From a virus, in the IMG/VR virus record IMGVR_UViG_3300035704_000002, positions 32,001 through 96,000 of that record: 64,000 nucleotides of DNA. The stretch is one strand, 5' to 3'. The notes under the pieces are model-generated. The model saw nothing but the letters and a program-made list of their open reading frames with translations. It was not told the DNA's origin and searched no databases. A program made the position numbers and the translations under genes. Shown one piece after another: positions 37,389 to 47,181 of this stretch (its first letter is position 1; every line of letters starts with the position of its first letter).

Positions 37389-40300
37389 GTGGCGACGAAG
37401 GTAGCTCAAACCGACTGGGTGCACGCCAAGTCCGGTGGTGCCAGCTTCTCCGTTACGATCCCCACTCCCGCGACCGGTCATACATTGATCTTCACCTCGG
37501 CCGGCGGCGCTATCGCCACCCCGGCCGGCTTTACGCGCGCGCCCGACGCGCCCTACGGCGGCGGCACCCAAGATGTGAGCATCTGGTACAAAACCGCCAC
37601 CGGCCTGGAAACCCTGGTCGCGGTGACGCTCAACGGGTCCGGCGACAACGTCGGCGGCACGATCATGGAGTTCTCCGGCTCGCTGAGCTACGCCACCGGC
37701 AGCAACAACGGCACCGGTGTCAGCATCAGCTCCACCAGCGATTTTCAGGTAGCCGCCAGCGGCGCCACCGTGTCCGCACAATCTCTGGCCATCGCGGTGT
37801 TCTCCGTTGGTCAGTCCACTGCCTGGTCGCAGTCCAACCAGTGGCGGCAGATGGGGCCAGCCGGCGCGCTCGTACGGTCGGCCGGCGCCCAGGACGCCAG
37901 TGGCTTCGCCTCGATCTTCGCCGTCGGCATCGCCGACATCGACGCCAGCCACCAGTACCCGCCGCAAGCCTCCACCGGGCACTACTCGGCCACCTCGATC
38001 TACCAGGCCAGCGGTCCCGGCACCGCCTTCGCCTGTCAAGCGATCTTTACCGACACGTCCGGCGTCGCCACCGTGTCCTTCGCCAACAGCATCGTCAAGG
38101 AAAATTCGCTGCCTGGCACCGACAACGGCAACTGGATGCTGGGCACCGCCGGCACCGACGCCACTATCGCCGGATTCCCGACAACCCCTTCCGTACAGCC
38201 CGGCGGTACTGTCAACTTCAAGGTTGGTTGCGCATTCACGTTCCGCGCCGAGATATACCGACTTGGGTTCTATGGATACGACAACTTCGGTGCCCGCAAC
38301 GTGCTGGGCAATCAGGCCGGCTACCTGACCGGTACCGTCGTGAGTCAACCGACTCCAGCCGTGGACGGCACACTGGGGTCGACCTCGTGCGCGGCGTGGA
38401 CAACGAACGTCACGTGGAGCGTGCCGTCCGACGCGGTACCCGGCGTCTACTACGTGATCTTCAGACGCACCGACGCGGGCAACACCAGCAAGGCCGCCAG
38501 TACGCACTTCGTGGTTCGAGAATCCTCACCCTCGGGCAAGATGGCCATCGTCATCCCGGATCTCACCCACCACGCCTACAGCGTCTGGGGCGCCATCACC
38601 GACCACGGGGACCTCTCCACGGGCACGTGGACCGGCCGGTCGCTGTATCAGACCGGCTCGGACGGTTCCTCGTCCAACATCGCGCACCGTGCCTACGCGG
38701 TGTGCCTCGATCGGCCCTACAGCGTGCAGTCCACTCAGGAGCCGACCTACATCTTCGATTCGGAGTTCGGTTTCATCCAGTTTTGCGAGGCGCAGGGATA
38801 CAACCTCACCTACCTGTCCGACATGGATCTGGAAGGTAGCTCAACCCTACTGAACTCGGCCGCCATGGTGCTCATGGTCGGCCATCACGAATACTGGACA
38901 GCCAACATTTTCAGCGCTTTTCAAAACGCGGTCGCTGCTGGCGTCAACACGTTCGTCTACTCCGCGAACACGGCCGGGTGGCGCGTGCGGTTCGCGTCAG
39001 CGGACACCAACAAGCGCACCGCGATCTGCTACAAGGACGGCATCACCCGCGACACGAGCGCCGGCTGGAGCGGTACCGGTTATGACCCGCTCACTCCGAC
39101 CGGCACGTGGCGCGATTCCGGCGCCACCAACGGCATCGCCAACCCCGATCGGCGGCTGGACAACACCCTGACCGGTCAACGCTTCATCGGCAGCGGCCCG
39201 CTGCTCGCGCCGATGCAATTCGCCAACACCGTCAAGACCAAGCCGATCTGGCGAAATTCACCAGCGGTGCAGGCGCTGGCCAGCGGTACGCACGTCACCG
39301 ACATCAGCAACTCGATCGGCTACGAGCTGGACGCCGCCGACGGCGCGACCGGCCAGCCCTCCAACCTCGTCATCGTGGCCAGTACCAGCATCTCGGTCAC
39401 CACCGGCGCCAACGCGGCCGGCACCGTCTACACCACCTCGGCCACCCTCACCGCGACCTGGACCCTGTACCGCGACGGCACGTCCGGCGCGCTGGTGTTC
39501 AACACGGGCAACTGGCGCTCCTGGTGGTCGGCCACCCGCTGGCACGGCTCCAGCCCGGTCGGCAGCGTCAGCATCGACGTGATCAACGCGCTGCTGGCCA
39601 TCCTCTACGACCTCGGCGGCACGCCGCACACACTCACCGCGCTGGAGCCCGGCGCCGACACGACGCCCACCGACCCGGCCACCGGTGCGCCCACGGCCGG
39701 CAACGCCAACGTGGCACTGGCCTATGGCCTCACCGCCAGCAGCACCGTGCTCGGTGCCGCCACGCTATCGGCCACCGGCGCACTGACCGCGACCGCCGTG
39801 GACGTCGTATCCGCCAGCGCCGCCCTGTCCACCACCGGCGCCATCGGCGCCGCCGGCCTGGCCATCGACCTGGGCGCCACAGCACTGTCGAGCACCGGCG
39901 CCCTGGGCACCACGGGCACCCTGGGCGCGGCCGGCGCGACCACCCTCGCGGCCACGCCCGCGCTTGGCGCGGCGGCCACCAGGGGGACCGGCGCCACCGT
40001 AGTGATGAGTTCCGCGCCCGGCCTCGGCGCGGCACCCATCGAGACCGCCGTGAGCAGTGCCGCACTGAGCAGCGCGCCGGCCCTCACCGCGACCGCCACG
40101 CAGACCAGCGGCGCCAGTGCCGCACTGAGCAGCGCGCCGGCCCTCACCGCGACCGCCACCCGCACCGCGCTGGGCACCGTCACCCTGGCCACCACGCCTA
40201 CCGTCACCGCGACCGGCACCCAGACCCTGACCGGCGCCAGCGTGGTGTTGAGCGCCACGCCCGTGTTGAGCGCGGTCCCGATGGCCACGCTGGGTGCCGC

Positions 40301-41744
40301 CGCCACACTGTCCGCGATGCCGGCACTGGGTGGCACCGCCCTGGGTTCCGCATCCGGCGTGGCCGGACTGATCTGCGTGCCCACACTGACAGCGACGACC
40401 GTATACGGCGCGCACGGCACCGTGGCCCTGGCCACCACGCCCGCCGTAACGGCCGCCGCCGTGATGTTGGCCGTCGATTCGGCCGCCCTGTCAGCCGTCG
40501 GCGCCGTGTCGGCCGCCGCGTCCTACCTCGGCGCGCCGACGGCCGCCCTGTCAGCCGTCGGCGCCGTGTCGGCCGTCGCCGTCACACAGACCACGGCCAC
40601 GGCCGCACTGGCGTGCGAACCGGCCATGACCACCATCGGCACCTACGTGGCCGTGACCACGGTCGCCCTGTCCAGCACCGCGACCCTGGCCGCCGCCGTA
40701 ACCCACACCGCCGTGGCGCTGGCCGCCCTGTCCAGTGAGACCACGCTGGGCACTGTCGCCGTGAACATCCTGGCCGCGCTGACCGCGCTGGCCAGCGAGC
40801 CCGTACTGGTAGGTAGCTCGGTACTCGGCGTGGCCAACCTGGCATGTGGCCCGGTGCTGTTCGTGGATGTGTTCGGTGGCGCGTTCGTAGCCGACCTCTC
40901 GGTCACCGGCGTGCTCACGGCCAGCCCCGGCACAGTCACTACCGATGCCGCTGATCTGGCGTGTGAACCGTCGATCAGCGCCGGCACCGCGTTCCTCGTC
41001 ACCGGTGCCGCCGACCTGGCATGCACCGCCGTCCTGATCGCGGCGGCCGTCACCGTGGCGCCGGGCGTCGTCACGCTGACCAGTACGCCAGCGCTCACCG
41101 TCGCGGCCGTGCGCACCGTCAGCGCGGGCATGGTCGCGCTGAGCGCGATCGGCGTACTGGTGGCGCGCGAAACCGAGGCGTTCCTGGCCAGCGCGCCGCG
41201 CATCTCGGTGGCCGCGCTGCGCACCGTCTTCGGTGTGGTGACGCTGAGCGCCGCGCCCGCGTTGACGGCCGGTGCGTTCATCACGATGCGGACCACGGTC
41301 ACGCTGAGCGCCACGCCCACCTTGTTGATCACGTCGGTGGCAGCCATTCGCAACCAGCAAGGCGCGGCTGTCCTCCTGGTGTGCGCGCCCGCCGTCGTGT
41401 CAGCCGCGTTGCAGACGTGGGACACGCGCGTCATCCTGATGCGATCGATCGCAGTTCTGGGTGCGAACGGAACGCACCTCACGCTCGCCGCGATCGACCT
41501 TTCAGCCACCGGCACCGTGGGCGCCCACGGCCAGTGGCTGATTAACGGCATCGTGGCTCTCACCGTTGCCGCCGCGCTCACCTCGGCCGCCCAGCGCGCC
41601 GAGTTCAACCCGGTGCCGATGAGCGCGGTCGGGGTGCTGCATGCCGGCGCGCTGATCATCCGCGCGTCCTGGCCCTACCTGTTCGCCCTGATGCCGGACC
41701 GCTGGTCATTCCAGGTGCTCGAACCCCTGGGAGGGGGAGACTGA
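37389..41744 (+). CDS. Large fibre-like protein with dimethylformamidase-beta-like (DUF6605-type) domain and Ala/Thr repeats
   Basis: ENSLPG..W, SV.PG.TV.FKV, EIYRLG.YG..GAR, GHHEYWT; about 20-aa ALSSAPALTA repeats. Confidence 0.75.
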   Translation: MATKVAQTDWVHAKSGGASFSVTIPTPATGHTLIFTSAGGAIATPAGFTRAPDAPYGGGTQDVSIWYKTATGLETLVAVTLNGSGDNVGGTIMEFSGSLSYATGSNNGTGVSISSTSDFQVAASGATVSAQSLAIAVFSVGQSTAWSQSNQWRQMGPAGALVRSAGAQDASGFASIFAVGIADIDASHQYPPQASTGHYSATSIYQASGPGTAFACQAIFTDTSGVATVSFANSIVKENSLPGTDNGNWMLGTAGTDATIAGFPTTPSVQPGGTVNFKVGCAFTFRAEIYRLGFYGYDNFGARNVLGNQAGYLTGTVVSQPTPAVDGTLGSTSCAAWTTNVTWSVPSDAVPGVYYVIFRRTDAGNTSKAASTHFVVRESSPSGKMAIVIPDLTHHAYSVWGAITDHGDLSTGTWTGRSLYQTGSDGSSSNIAHRAYAVCLDRPYSVQSTQEPTYIFDSEFGFIQFCEAQGYNLTYLSDMDLEGSSTLLNSAAMVLMVGHHEYWTANIFSAFQNAVAAGVNTFVYSANTAGWRVRFASADTNKRTAICYKDGITRDTSAGWSGTGYDPLTPTGTWRDSGATNGIANPDRRLDNTLTGQRFIGSGPLLAPMQFANTVKTKPIWRNSPAVQALASGTHVTDISNSIGYELDAADGATGQPSNLVIVASTSISVTTGANAAGTVYTTSATLTATWTLYRDGTSGALVFNTGNWRSWWSATRWHGSSPVGSVSIDVINALLAILYDLGGTPHTLTALEPGADTTPTDPATGAPTAGNANVALAYGLTASSTVLGAATLSATGALTATAVDVVSASAALSTTGAIGAAGLAIDLGATALSSTGALGTTGTLGAAGATTLAATPALGAAATRGTGATVVMSSAPGLGAAPIETAVSSAALSSAPALTATATQTSGASAALSSAPALTATATRTALGTVTLATTPTVTATGTQTLTGASVVLSATPVLSAVPMATLGAAATLSAMPALGGTALGSASGVAGLICVPTLTATTVYGAHGTVALATTPAVTAAAVMLAVDSAALSAVGAVSAAASYLGAPTAALSAVGAVSAVAVTQTTATAALACEPAMTTIGTYVAVTTVALSSTATLAAAVTHTAVALAALSSETTLGTVAVNILAALTALASEPVLVGSSVLGVANLACGPVLFVDVFGGAFVADLSVTGVLTASPGTVTTDAADLACEPSISAGTAFLVTGAADLACTAVLIAAAVTVAPGVVTLTSTPALTVAAVRTVSAGMVALSAIGVLVARETEAFLASAPRISVAALRTVFGVVTLSAAPALTAGAFITMRTTVTLSATPTLLITSVAAIRNQQGAAVLLVCAPAVVSAALQTWDTRVILMRSIAVLGANGTHLTLAAIDLSATGTVGAHGQWLINGIVALTVAAALTSAAQRAEFNPVPMSAVGVLHAGALIIRASWPYLFALMPDRWSFQVLEPLGGGD

Positions 41745-41745
41745 T

Positions 41746-42045
41746 ATGCGCCGAATCGCCGCTGCATCCCTGCGATACCTCGACGTCGGCGCCACCGTGC
41801 CCCCCGATGCCAACCCGAGTGTCGATCTGGTCGAGTTCGCGTTCATCCCCACTGACGACGACCCCGTCAGCGGCGACTGGATGACCGGCACCTGGTTCAC
41901 CACGGCCACCCGACTCGTGGCCCGCATCCTGATCGGACCCGGCGGTGTGGTCACTCTGACGCCCAACGTGTACCGCGTGTGGGTACGGGTGAGCGCCACG
42001 CCCGAGCGCGTGGTAGCCGAGGCCGGTCGGATGCAGGTGTACTGA
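41746..42045 (+). CDS. Small virion protein
   Basis: ARILIGP...YRVWVRV..TPE pattern; SD GGAG. Confidence 0.65.
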   Translation: MRRIAAASLRYLDVGATVPPDANPSVDLVEFAFIPTDDDPVSGDWMTGTWFTTATRLVARILIGPGGVVTLTPNVYRVWVRVSATPERVVAEAGRMQVY

Positions 42046-42103
42046 CCCCGGCTGGCTCGTGCCTGCCGCCCACTCGTCGTCCGGTCGGTCATACTCCCTG
42101 GCC

Positions 42104-42724
42104 ATGGCCATCGTGGACTCAGCACGCCTGAACCGGTTCCTGTCCAACCCGGCATGGCGTACCGATCAGTACGAGGAGGCCGACGAACTGCTGGAGGAGA
42201 TGGAGCAGGAGCTGGGCAACGCGCTGGGCACGTTCATCACACCGGTGCGCTACACCGAAACGGTGACCGTGTTGCAAACCGGACTGCTGGCCACCGCGCA
42301 CCCCGTCAGCGTGGTGAACAGCTTGGACGGCGTCGCGGTGATCAGCAACGTGCTGCCCACCTCGTGGATGCTGTTGCCACCACCGGAGTCCCGGTTGCGC
42401 TGGGTTGATCCAGGCAACTTTCCGCCGATGACGCCGCCCACCTTTGACCTGATGACCGGCTGGTCGCCAATCGGCAAGGTGCCGCGCGTGGCAGGTGTCG
42501 GCGCCATGGCCATCGACTACCTGGCCGGCTGGGGCAATCAGCCCGCCATCCGCAAGGCGCTGCTGGTCAAGGCCGGCATTCTGTTCCAGAACCGGCACGA
42601 CGACACGGTGATCGCTCGCAATCTGGACGCCCAGCAGCCACCACCACTGCCCACCGAGACCTGGACGGCCGCCGAACTGGCGCCGCTCCAGGTCTACCGC
42701 AACAACGTGGCGTCCTGGAAGTGA
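42104..42724 (+). CDS. Head-tail adaptor
   Basis: Position; IDYLAGW..P.IRKALL..A..LFQNR. Confidence 0.65.
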   Translation: MAIVDSARLNRFLSNPAWRTDQYEEADELLEEMEQELGNALGTFITPVRYTETVTVLQTGLLATAHPVSVVNSLDGVAVISNVLPTSWMLLPPPESRLRWVDPGNFPPMTPPTFDLMTGWSPIGKVPRVAGVGAMAIDYLAGWGNQPAIRKALLVKAGILFQNRHDDTVIARNLDAQQPPPLPTETWTAAELAPLQVYRNNVASWK

Positions 42725-42728
42725 CGCG

Positions 42729-43211
42729 ATGAGTTCAGCGGTGAAGATCGACGGACGCTCGCTCACCCAGGTGCGCCGCAAGATCCACGACATGCGCACT
42801 CGCACGGACAACCTGATGGCCGCGTGGGAGACGTTCCTGGACTGGTTCGCCAACCAGAACCGACTCCAGTTCGGTTCACGCGGCGAACGGTGGCGTGACC
42901 TGTGGCCCGAACTGGCACCCTCGACTCTGATCGACAAACGCCGAGAAGGCTTCTACACCGACATTCTCGTGCGCACCTCGGACCTGTTGCGCTCCCTATC
43001 GGACCGTCCGTTGAACATCGAAATGGTGTTGCCACACGAAGTTCAGGCCGGCACCCGCGTCAGCTACGCGAAGTACCACCAGTACGGAACGCGCTTCATG
43101 CCGCGCCGCCGACTGTTCGACGCGGCCGAGATCGAACGTGAGGGCGCGCTGTCCAGTGTCATCGGTTCCTGGATCGCCACCGGTCGCCCCGTTGTGCGGA
43201 GCGGCAAATGA
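42729..43211 (+). CDS. Virion morphogenesis protein (Mu gpG-like)
   Basis: W.ELAPST..K, GT.VSYAKYHQYGT..MPRR. Confidence 0.85.
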   Translation: MSSAVKIDGRSLTQVRRKIHDMRTRTDNLMAAWETFLDWFANQNRLQFGSRGERWRDLWPELAPSTLIDKRREGFYTDILVRTSDLLRSLSDRPLNIEMVLPHEVQAGTRVSYAKYHQYGTRFMPRRRLFDAAEIEREGALSSVIGSWIATGRPVVRSGK

Positions 43212-43834
43212 GGGGCGCCGACGAGATGCGCGACCGGCTGGTCACGCTGGTCCAGCAAGCCGCGCCGCCCAAGATCGCGCTGTTGCGGCAGGCGTGGGAC
43301 TACACAACCGAACAACTGCCCGACATCGACCTGGTGTCCTCTGGCGAAACTGTGGAGAACGTGCTGAACGCGGCGGTTGCCAGCAACACCGTCATCGTGA
43401 TCAACCCCCGACTGCTCACCACCGACCAGGTGGACATCGACCCCTACGGCCAACCCGTCTACAACTGCCGGTACTCGTGCCGGATCTACGTGTGGGCCTA
43501 CGGCGAGAACTGGGACAAGGCCAAGACCGCGCGCGACCACCTGGCCGTGGTGGTGCGACTGTGCCTGCTGGAATGGCCCAACCTCACGTACAACATGATC
43601 GGCAACACGAACTTCAGGCTGCACCGCAACACCTACACCGAGGAATTCGGCGAGCCGCACCGCATCACCAACCGGGCCGGTGGCCGCGTCTGGGCGCCCG
43701 CCCTGCTGTCGGTGGACGTCGACCGCGAAGACGACATGCACGACGGCTCACTGCACCCACCGCTGGGCACCGCGCACACCCTGACCCCGGCCGCCCAGAA
43801 CGTCGGACCGGACCAGCCACTACCTGGAGCGTGA
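43208..43834 (+). CDS. Putative tail terminator/completion protein
   Basis: Synteny; ATGA coupling. Confidence 0.6.
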   Translation: MRGADEMRDRLVTLVQQAAPPKIALLRQAWDYTTEQLPDIDLVSSGETVENVLNAAVASNTVIVINPRLLTTDQVDIDPYGQPVYNCRYSCRIYVWAYGENWDKAKTARDHLAVVVRLCLLEWPNLTYNMIGNTNFRLHRNTYTEEFGEPHRITNRAGGRVWAPALLSVDVDREDDMHDGSLHPPLGTAHTLTPAAQNVGPDQPLPGA

Positions 43835-43836
43835 CC

Positions 43837-44085
43837 ATGATTCTGGTGAACCCCACCAACGGCCCCCTGGTCTTCACCGACGACGCGCGCACGATCGGGG
43901 CCGGCGAGCGGCTGAGCGACGTGCAACCCGACGACACCACCCGGACCGGGCTGGCGCGCGGCTACCTCGTGGAGGTCACACCCGAACAAGCGCGGATCGC
44001 CGAGGACACGAGCGCGGGCGCACCGGAACCCGGTGGCGAGCCGGCCGCCGCGCCGGGCGTGGCTGACCCGAAACCCGCTGGCTGA
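43837..44085 (+). CDS. Small protein upstream of sheath
   Basis: SD GGAG; GYLVEV motif. Confidence 0.6.
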   Translation: MILVNPTNGPLVFTDDARTIGAGERLSDVQPDDTTRTGLARGYLVEVTPEQARIAEDTSAGAPEPGGEPAAAPGVADPKPAG

Positions 44086-44133
44086 AGTGCCATGATTCCC
44101 GCGACCTGAGCTGACAGGCGCGAGGAGGATTCA

Positions 44134-45597
44134 ATGCCGGGTGTGGTCGTCACCACCGGTGCCGTGGCCGGACCGTCCGCCCCCACACGTGCACCCTCGT
44201 CCCAATTCTTCTGCGTCGGTCTCGCCGAACGCGGTCCCACGGGCAAGGCACTACTGGTCAACTCGTTGGCCGACTTCAACGCCGCCTACGGTGGTCAGAC
44301 CAGCTACGGCGCCCTGTACGACGCGCTGACCACCTATTTTCAGGAAGGTGGCAGCCGCGCCTACGTGGCGCGCGTCGTCGGGCCGTCCGCCACCACCGGC
44401 ACCCTGGCCGGCGGCCTGCTGGACGGGGCGTCCAGTCCGGTCGCCACGCTCAACGTCTCGGCCGCCAACCCCGGCTCGTGGTCCTCGAACGTGTCGGTTC
44501 AGGTTTTGGCGGGCTCCAGTGCCAGCACCTTCCGGCTCCAGGTCTTCTACTCGGGCGTGCTGACCGAGGACTACACCAACCTGGGCAGTCCCCAGGAAGC
44601 CGTCTCCAAGGTCAACTCGCGGTCGGTCTACATCATGTTGGCCGACGCCGGCTCACCCACCGCCGCGCCCGCCAACAACCCGGCGCCCACCGGTTCGCCC
44701 GGCACGCTCTCGGCCGGCGCGGACGACCGCAGTCACGTCGTCACCCAGACCTACCTCAGCGCGTTGAGCCTGTTCCCTGTCGACTTCGGCGATGGCGCCG
44801 TGGCCATCCCCGGTGCCGGTAGCTCGGTGCACGCCGGCCTGATCGGCCATGCCGATGCCTACAACCGGATCGCACTGCTGGCCGCCGAACGTGGTGCGGA
44901 CAAGAACACGCTGATCGGCTACGCCTCCAACCTCAACGCCAAGCGCGCCGGCCTGTTCGCTCCGTGGGTACAGGTGCCTGATGGATTCGGCGGCACCAAG
45001 GCCATCAGTCCGGAGGCTTTCGTCGCGGCGGCCCGCTCCAAGGCACACAACCAGGCCGGCCCATGGAAGGCGGCGGCCGGCGGCATCAGTACGGCCATCT
45101 ACGTGGTCGCGCCCGACCAGGTCTTCACCGTCACCGATTCCAACGACCTGGACTCAGCCAAGGTCGACGTCATCCGAACCATCGCGGGAACCGTCCGACT
45201 CTACGGCTGGCGGTCGCTGTCGGCCGACTTCGACAATTGGGCGTACCTGACCGGCGCCGATACGGTCAACCGCTACGTCACCGAGGCCACGGTGCAGCTC
45301 GAACAGTACGTGTTCGGCGTCATCGACTCCTCCGGCCACCTGCTGGCCACCATCAAGGGCACGCTGGTCGGCATCGCGAAACCCATGGCGGACGCCAACG
45401 GTCTGTTCGCGGCCTACGACCCGACGACCGGCGCGCTGATCGATCCCGGCTACGCGGTCGACACCGGGAGCACGCTCAACACCGTGGCCAGCCTGGCGCT
45501 GAACCAGGTGCTGGCCACCGTCTCGCTGCGCGTATCGCCCACCGGCGCCACGGTCAGCCTGTCCGTCACCAAGGCCGGCGTGACCGCCGCACTGTAA
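44134..45597 (+). CDS. Tail sheath protein
   Basis: MPGVVV, G.AERGP, YFQEGG.RAYVARV, PW.AAAG, LYGWRSL. Confidence 0.92.
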   Translation: MPGVVVTTGAVAGPSAPTRAPSSQFFCVGLAERGPTGKALLVNSLADFNAAYGGQTSYGALYDALTTYFQEGGSRAYVARVVGPSATTGTLAGGLLDGASSPVATLNVSAANPGSWSSNVSVQVLAGSSASTFRLQVFYSGVLTEDYTNLGSPQEAVSKVNSRSVYIMLADAGSPTAAPANNPAPTGSPGTLSAGADDRSHVVTQTYLSALSLFPVDFGDGAVAIPGAGSSVHAGLIGHADAYNRIALLAAERGADKNTLIGYASNLNAKRAGLFAPWVQVPDGFGGTKAISPEAFVAAARSKAHNQAGPWKAAAGGISTAIYVVAPDQVFTVTDSNDLDSAKVDVIRTIAGTVRLYGWRSLSADFDNWAYLTGADTVNRYVTEATVQLEQYVFGVIDSSGHLLATIKGTLVGIAKPMADANGLFAAYDPTTGALIDPGYAVDTGSTLNTVASLALNQVLATVSLRVSPTGATVSLSVTKAGVTAAL

Positions 45598-45612
45598 CTG
45601 GGAGGTACTGCA

Positions 45613-46020
45613 ATGAAAGCGGCAAAGCGCCAATTCCTCGTCAAGATCGACGGCATCGACGGGTACTGGTCGAAAAAGACGGGCGCGGAACTGAAGTCCG
45701 CCACCGCCAAGGTCTACGACGGCGGCAGTCTCGTACCCGACGTGATCGCCGCGCCGGCTGAAGTGGCCGACGTCGTCCTGACCCGGCCGTTCGACCCCGA
45801 TCGAGACCAGTCCGTGGTGAACCTGCTCAAGCGGCGTGTGGGCCAGTGGACCACCACGATCTCCATCACCCCCACCGAGGCCGATCTCTCCACGATCGCC
45901 GTGGCCGGAGACACCTACCCGAACGCGCTACTGGTCGCGATCATGCCGCCCGAAGTGGACGCTTCCTCGGGCGAGTCGGCCGAACTGGTACTCACCTTCT
46001 CGGTCGGGTCCGTGGCCTGA
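45613..46020 (+). CDS. Tail tube protein
   Basis: Follows sheath; V.LTRPFD..RD, PEVDASS. Confidence 0.8.
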   Translation: MKAAKRQFLVKIDGIDGYWSKKTGAELKSATAKVYDGGSLVPDVIAAPAEVADVVLTRPFDPDRDQSVVNLLKRRVGQWTTTISITPTEADLSTIAVAGDTYPNALLVAIMPPEVDASSGESAELVLTFSVGSVA

Positions 46021-46197
46021 TCACGATCATCCGGCACCGGATACCGCGTACAGGCGCGGCGCCCGGTGCCGGAGTTGTTCTCGCCCCGTCGGATGCGTGC
46101 GGGCTGGACACGGGGCTCGGGGCGTCCTCCCAGACACGCGCCGTGTCCGGCCCGGACGTCTCCGGCGTCCACAGTCGATAGTCCACTGGGAGGACAC

Positions 46198-46761
46198 ATG
46201 CCAACCTTCGACGGCTCCCACCCGTCCGGGAGTCACGCCGGGCTCCTGACCGATCCGTCCGAACGGGACGCGGCCCCGTTCGACGCCTTGGCGGCACTGC
46301 GTGAACAGTTGGAGGAGCGCGCCGAGCAGACCGAGCGCACCTGTTATGTCGACATCCCCGGCCTGGGCTGGCGGCTGGTGTGCTCACTGGATTTCCCCTA
46401 CAGCCAGTACGCGCGATGGCAGAAGGCCAGTCTGCCGGTCAACCAGCGCAACCGCTCGCGCGGCCCCAACCTGCTGGACCTGGATCAGGCCATGCTGTCG
46501 CGGTTCGTGCTGCTGGGCACGTGCCAGGGCGTCGAATACCGCAACAGCACCGACGAGTGGGTGTCCGTCGCGGACGGCCAGGGCAACCCGATCAAGCCCG
46601 ACGGCGAGGAGATGATGGCGCGTTTCGGTGAGGTCGACCCCGGCGTATTCCTGCGCAAGCTGTTCGGCGGCGACGCCGCCGTGATGCGGGCCGGCGAGGT
46701 TGTCATGCGCGCGGCCGGCTGGATGGAGGCCGACGACCCGGACGCGGACCCTACGGTCTGA
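46198..46761 (+). CDS. Tail assembly chaperone
   Basis: Between tube and tape measure; ends DPTV. Confidence 0.7.
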   Translation: MPTFDGSHPSGSHAGLLTDPSERDAAPFDALAALREQLEERAEQTERTCYVDIPGLGWRLVCSLDFPYSQYARWQKASLPVNQRNRSRGPNLLDLDQAMLSRFVLLGTCQGVEYRNSTDEWVSVADGQGNPIKPDGEEMMARFGEVDPGVFLRKLFGGDAAVMRAGEVVMRAAGWMEADDPDADPTV

Positions 46762-46982
46762 GCGCGAGATCACCAGCCGCCGAGCGCCACGCCGAACTGC
46801 TGGAATGGCTGTCGGAGCACCCCACGGTGCAGATGGCCGCCCGCGTCGGCTACGTGTTCGGCATGGACCCGGTGGCCGTGCTCCGCGACGAGGGCGACGA
46901 GTTTCTGACGATGGTCCGCGTAGCCGCGCTGGACATCTGGATCAGCGACGAACGGGAACGCAACCGTCAGAGCAGCGCCTGA
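46749..46982 (+). CDS. Putative -1 frameshift extension of the tail chaperone
   Basis: 77 open codons in the -1 frame overlapping the chaperone stop (ELLEWLSEHP..GMDPVAVL); absent from ORF track. Confidence 0.6.
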   Translation, partial: PYGLSARSPAAERHAELLEWLSEHPTVQMAARVGYVFGMDPVAVLRDEGDEFLTMVRVAALDIWISDERERNRQSSA

Positions 46983-47181
46983 ATCGCTATCCTGATCGTG
47001 TCGTCACTAGCGGGGATGGCAGTTCGGCCCCCGAGAGCGAGTCCAGCGTGGGCTCTCGGGGGCCGCGCCGTGTCTAACCGACTCCGGTCGGCTTGACGCT
47101 CACCTCGCCCGCGCGCCTGCGCTGATCGGCGTCGTCCACCCGGCACTCTCGCCCGCGTGATCCAGCGCGGGGCGGTGAGAC

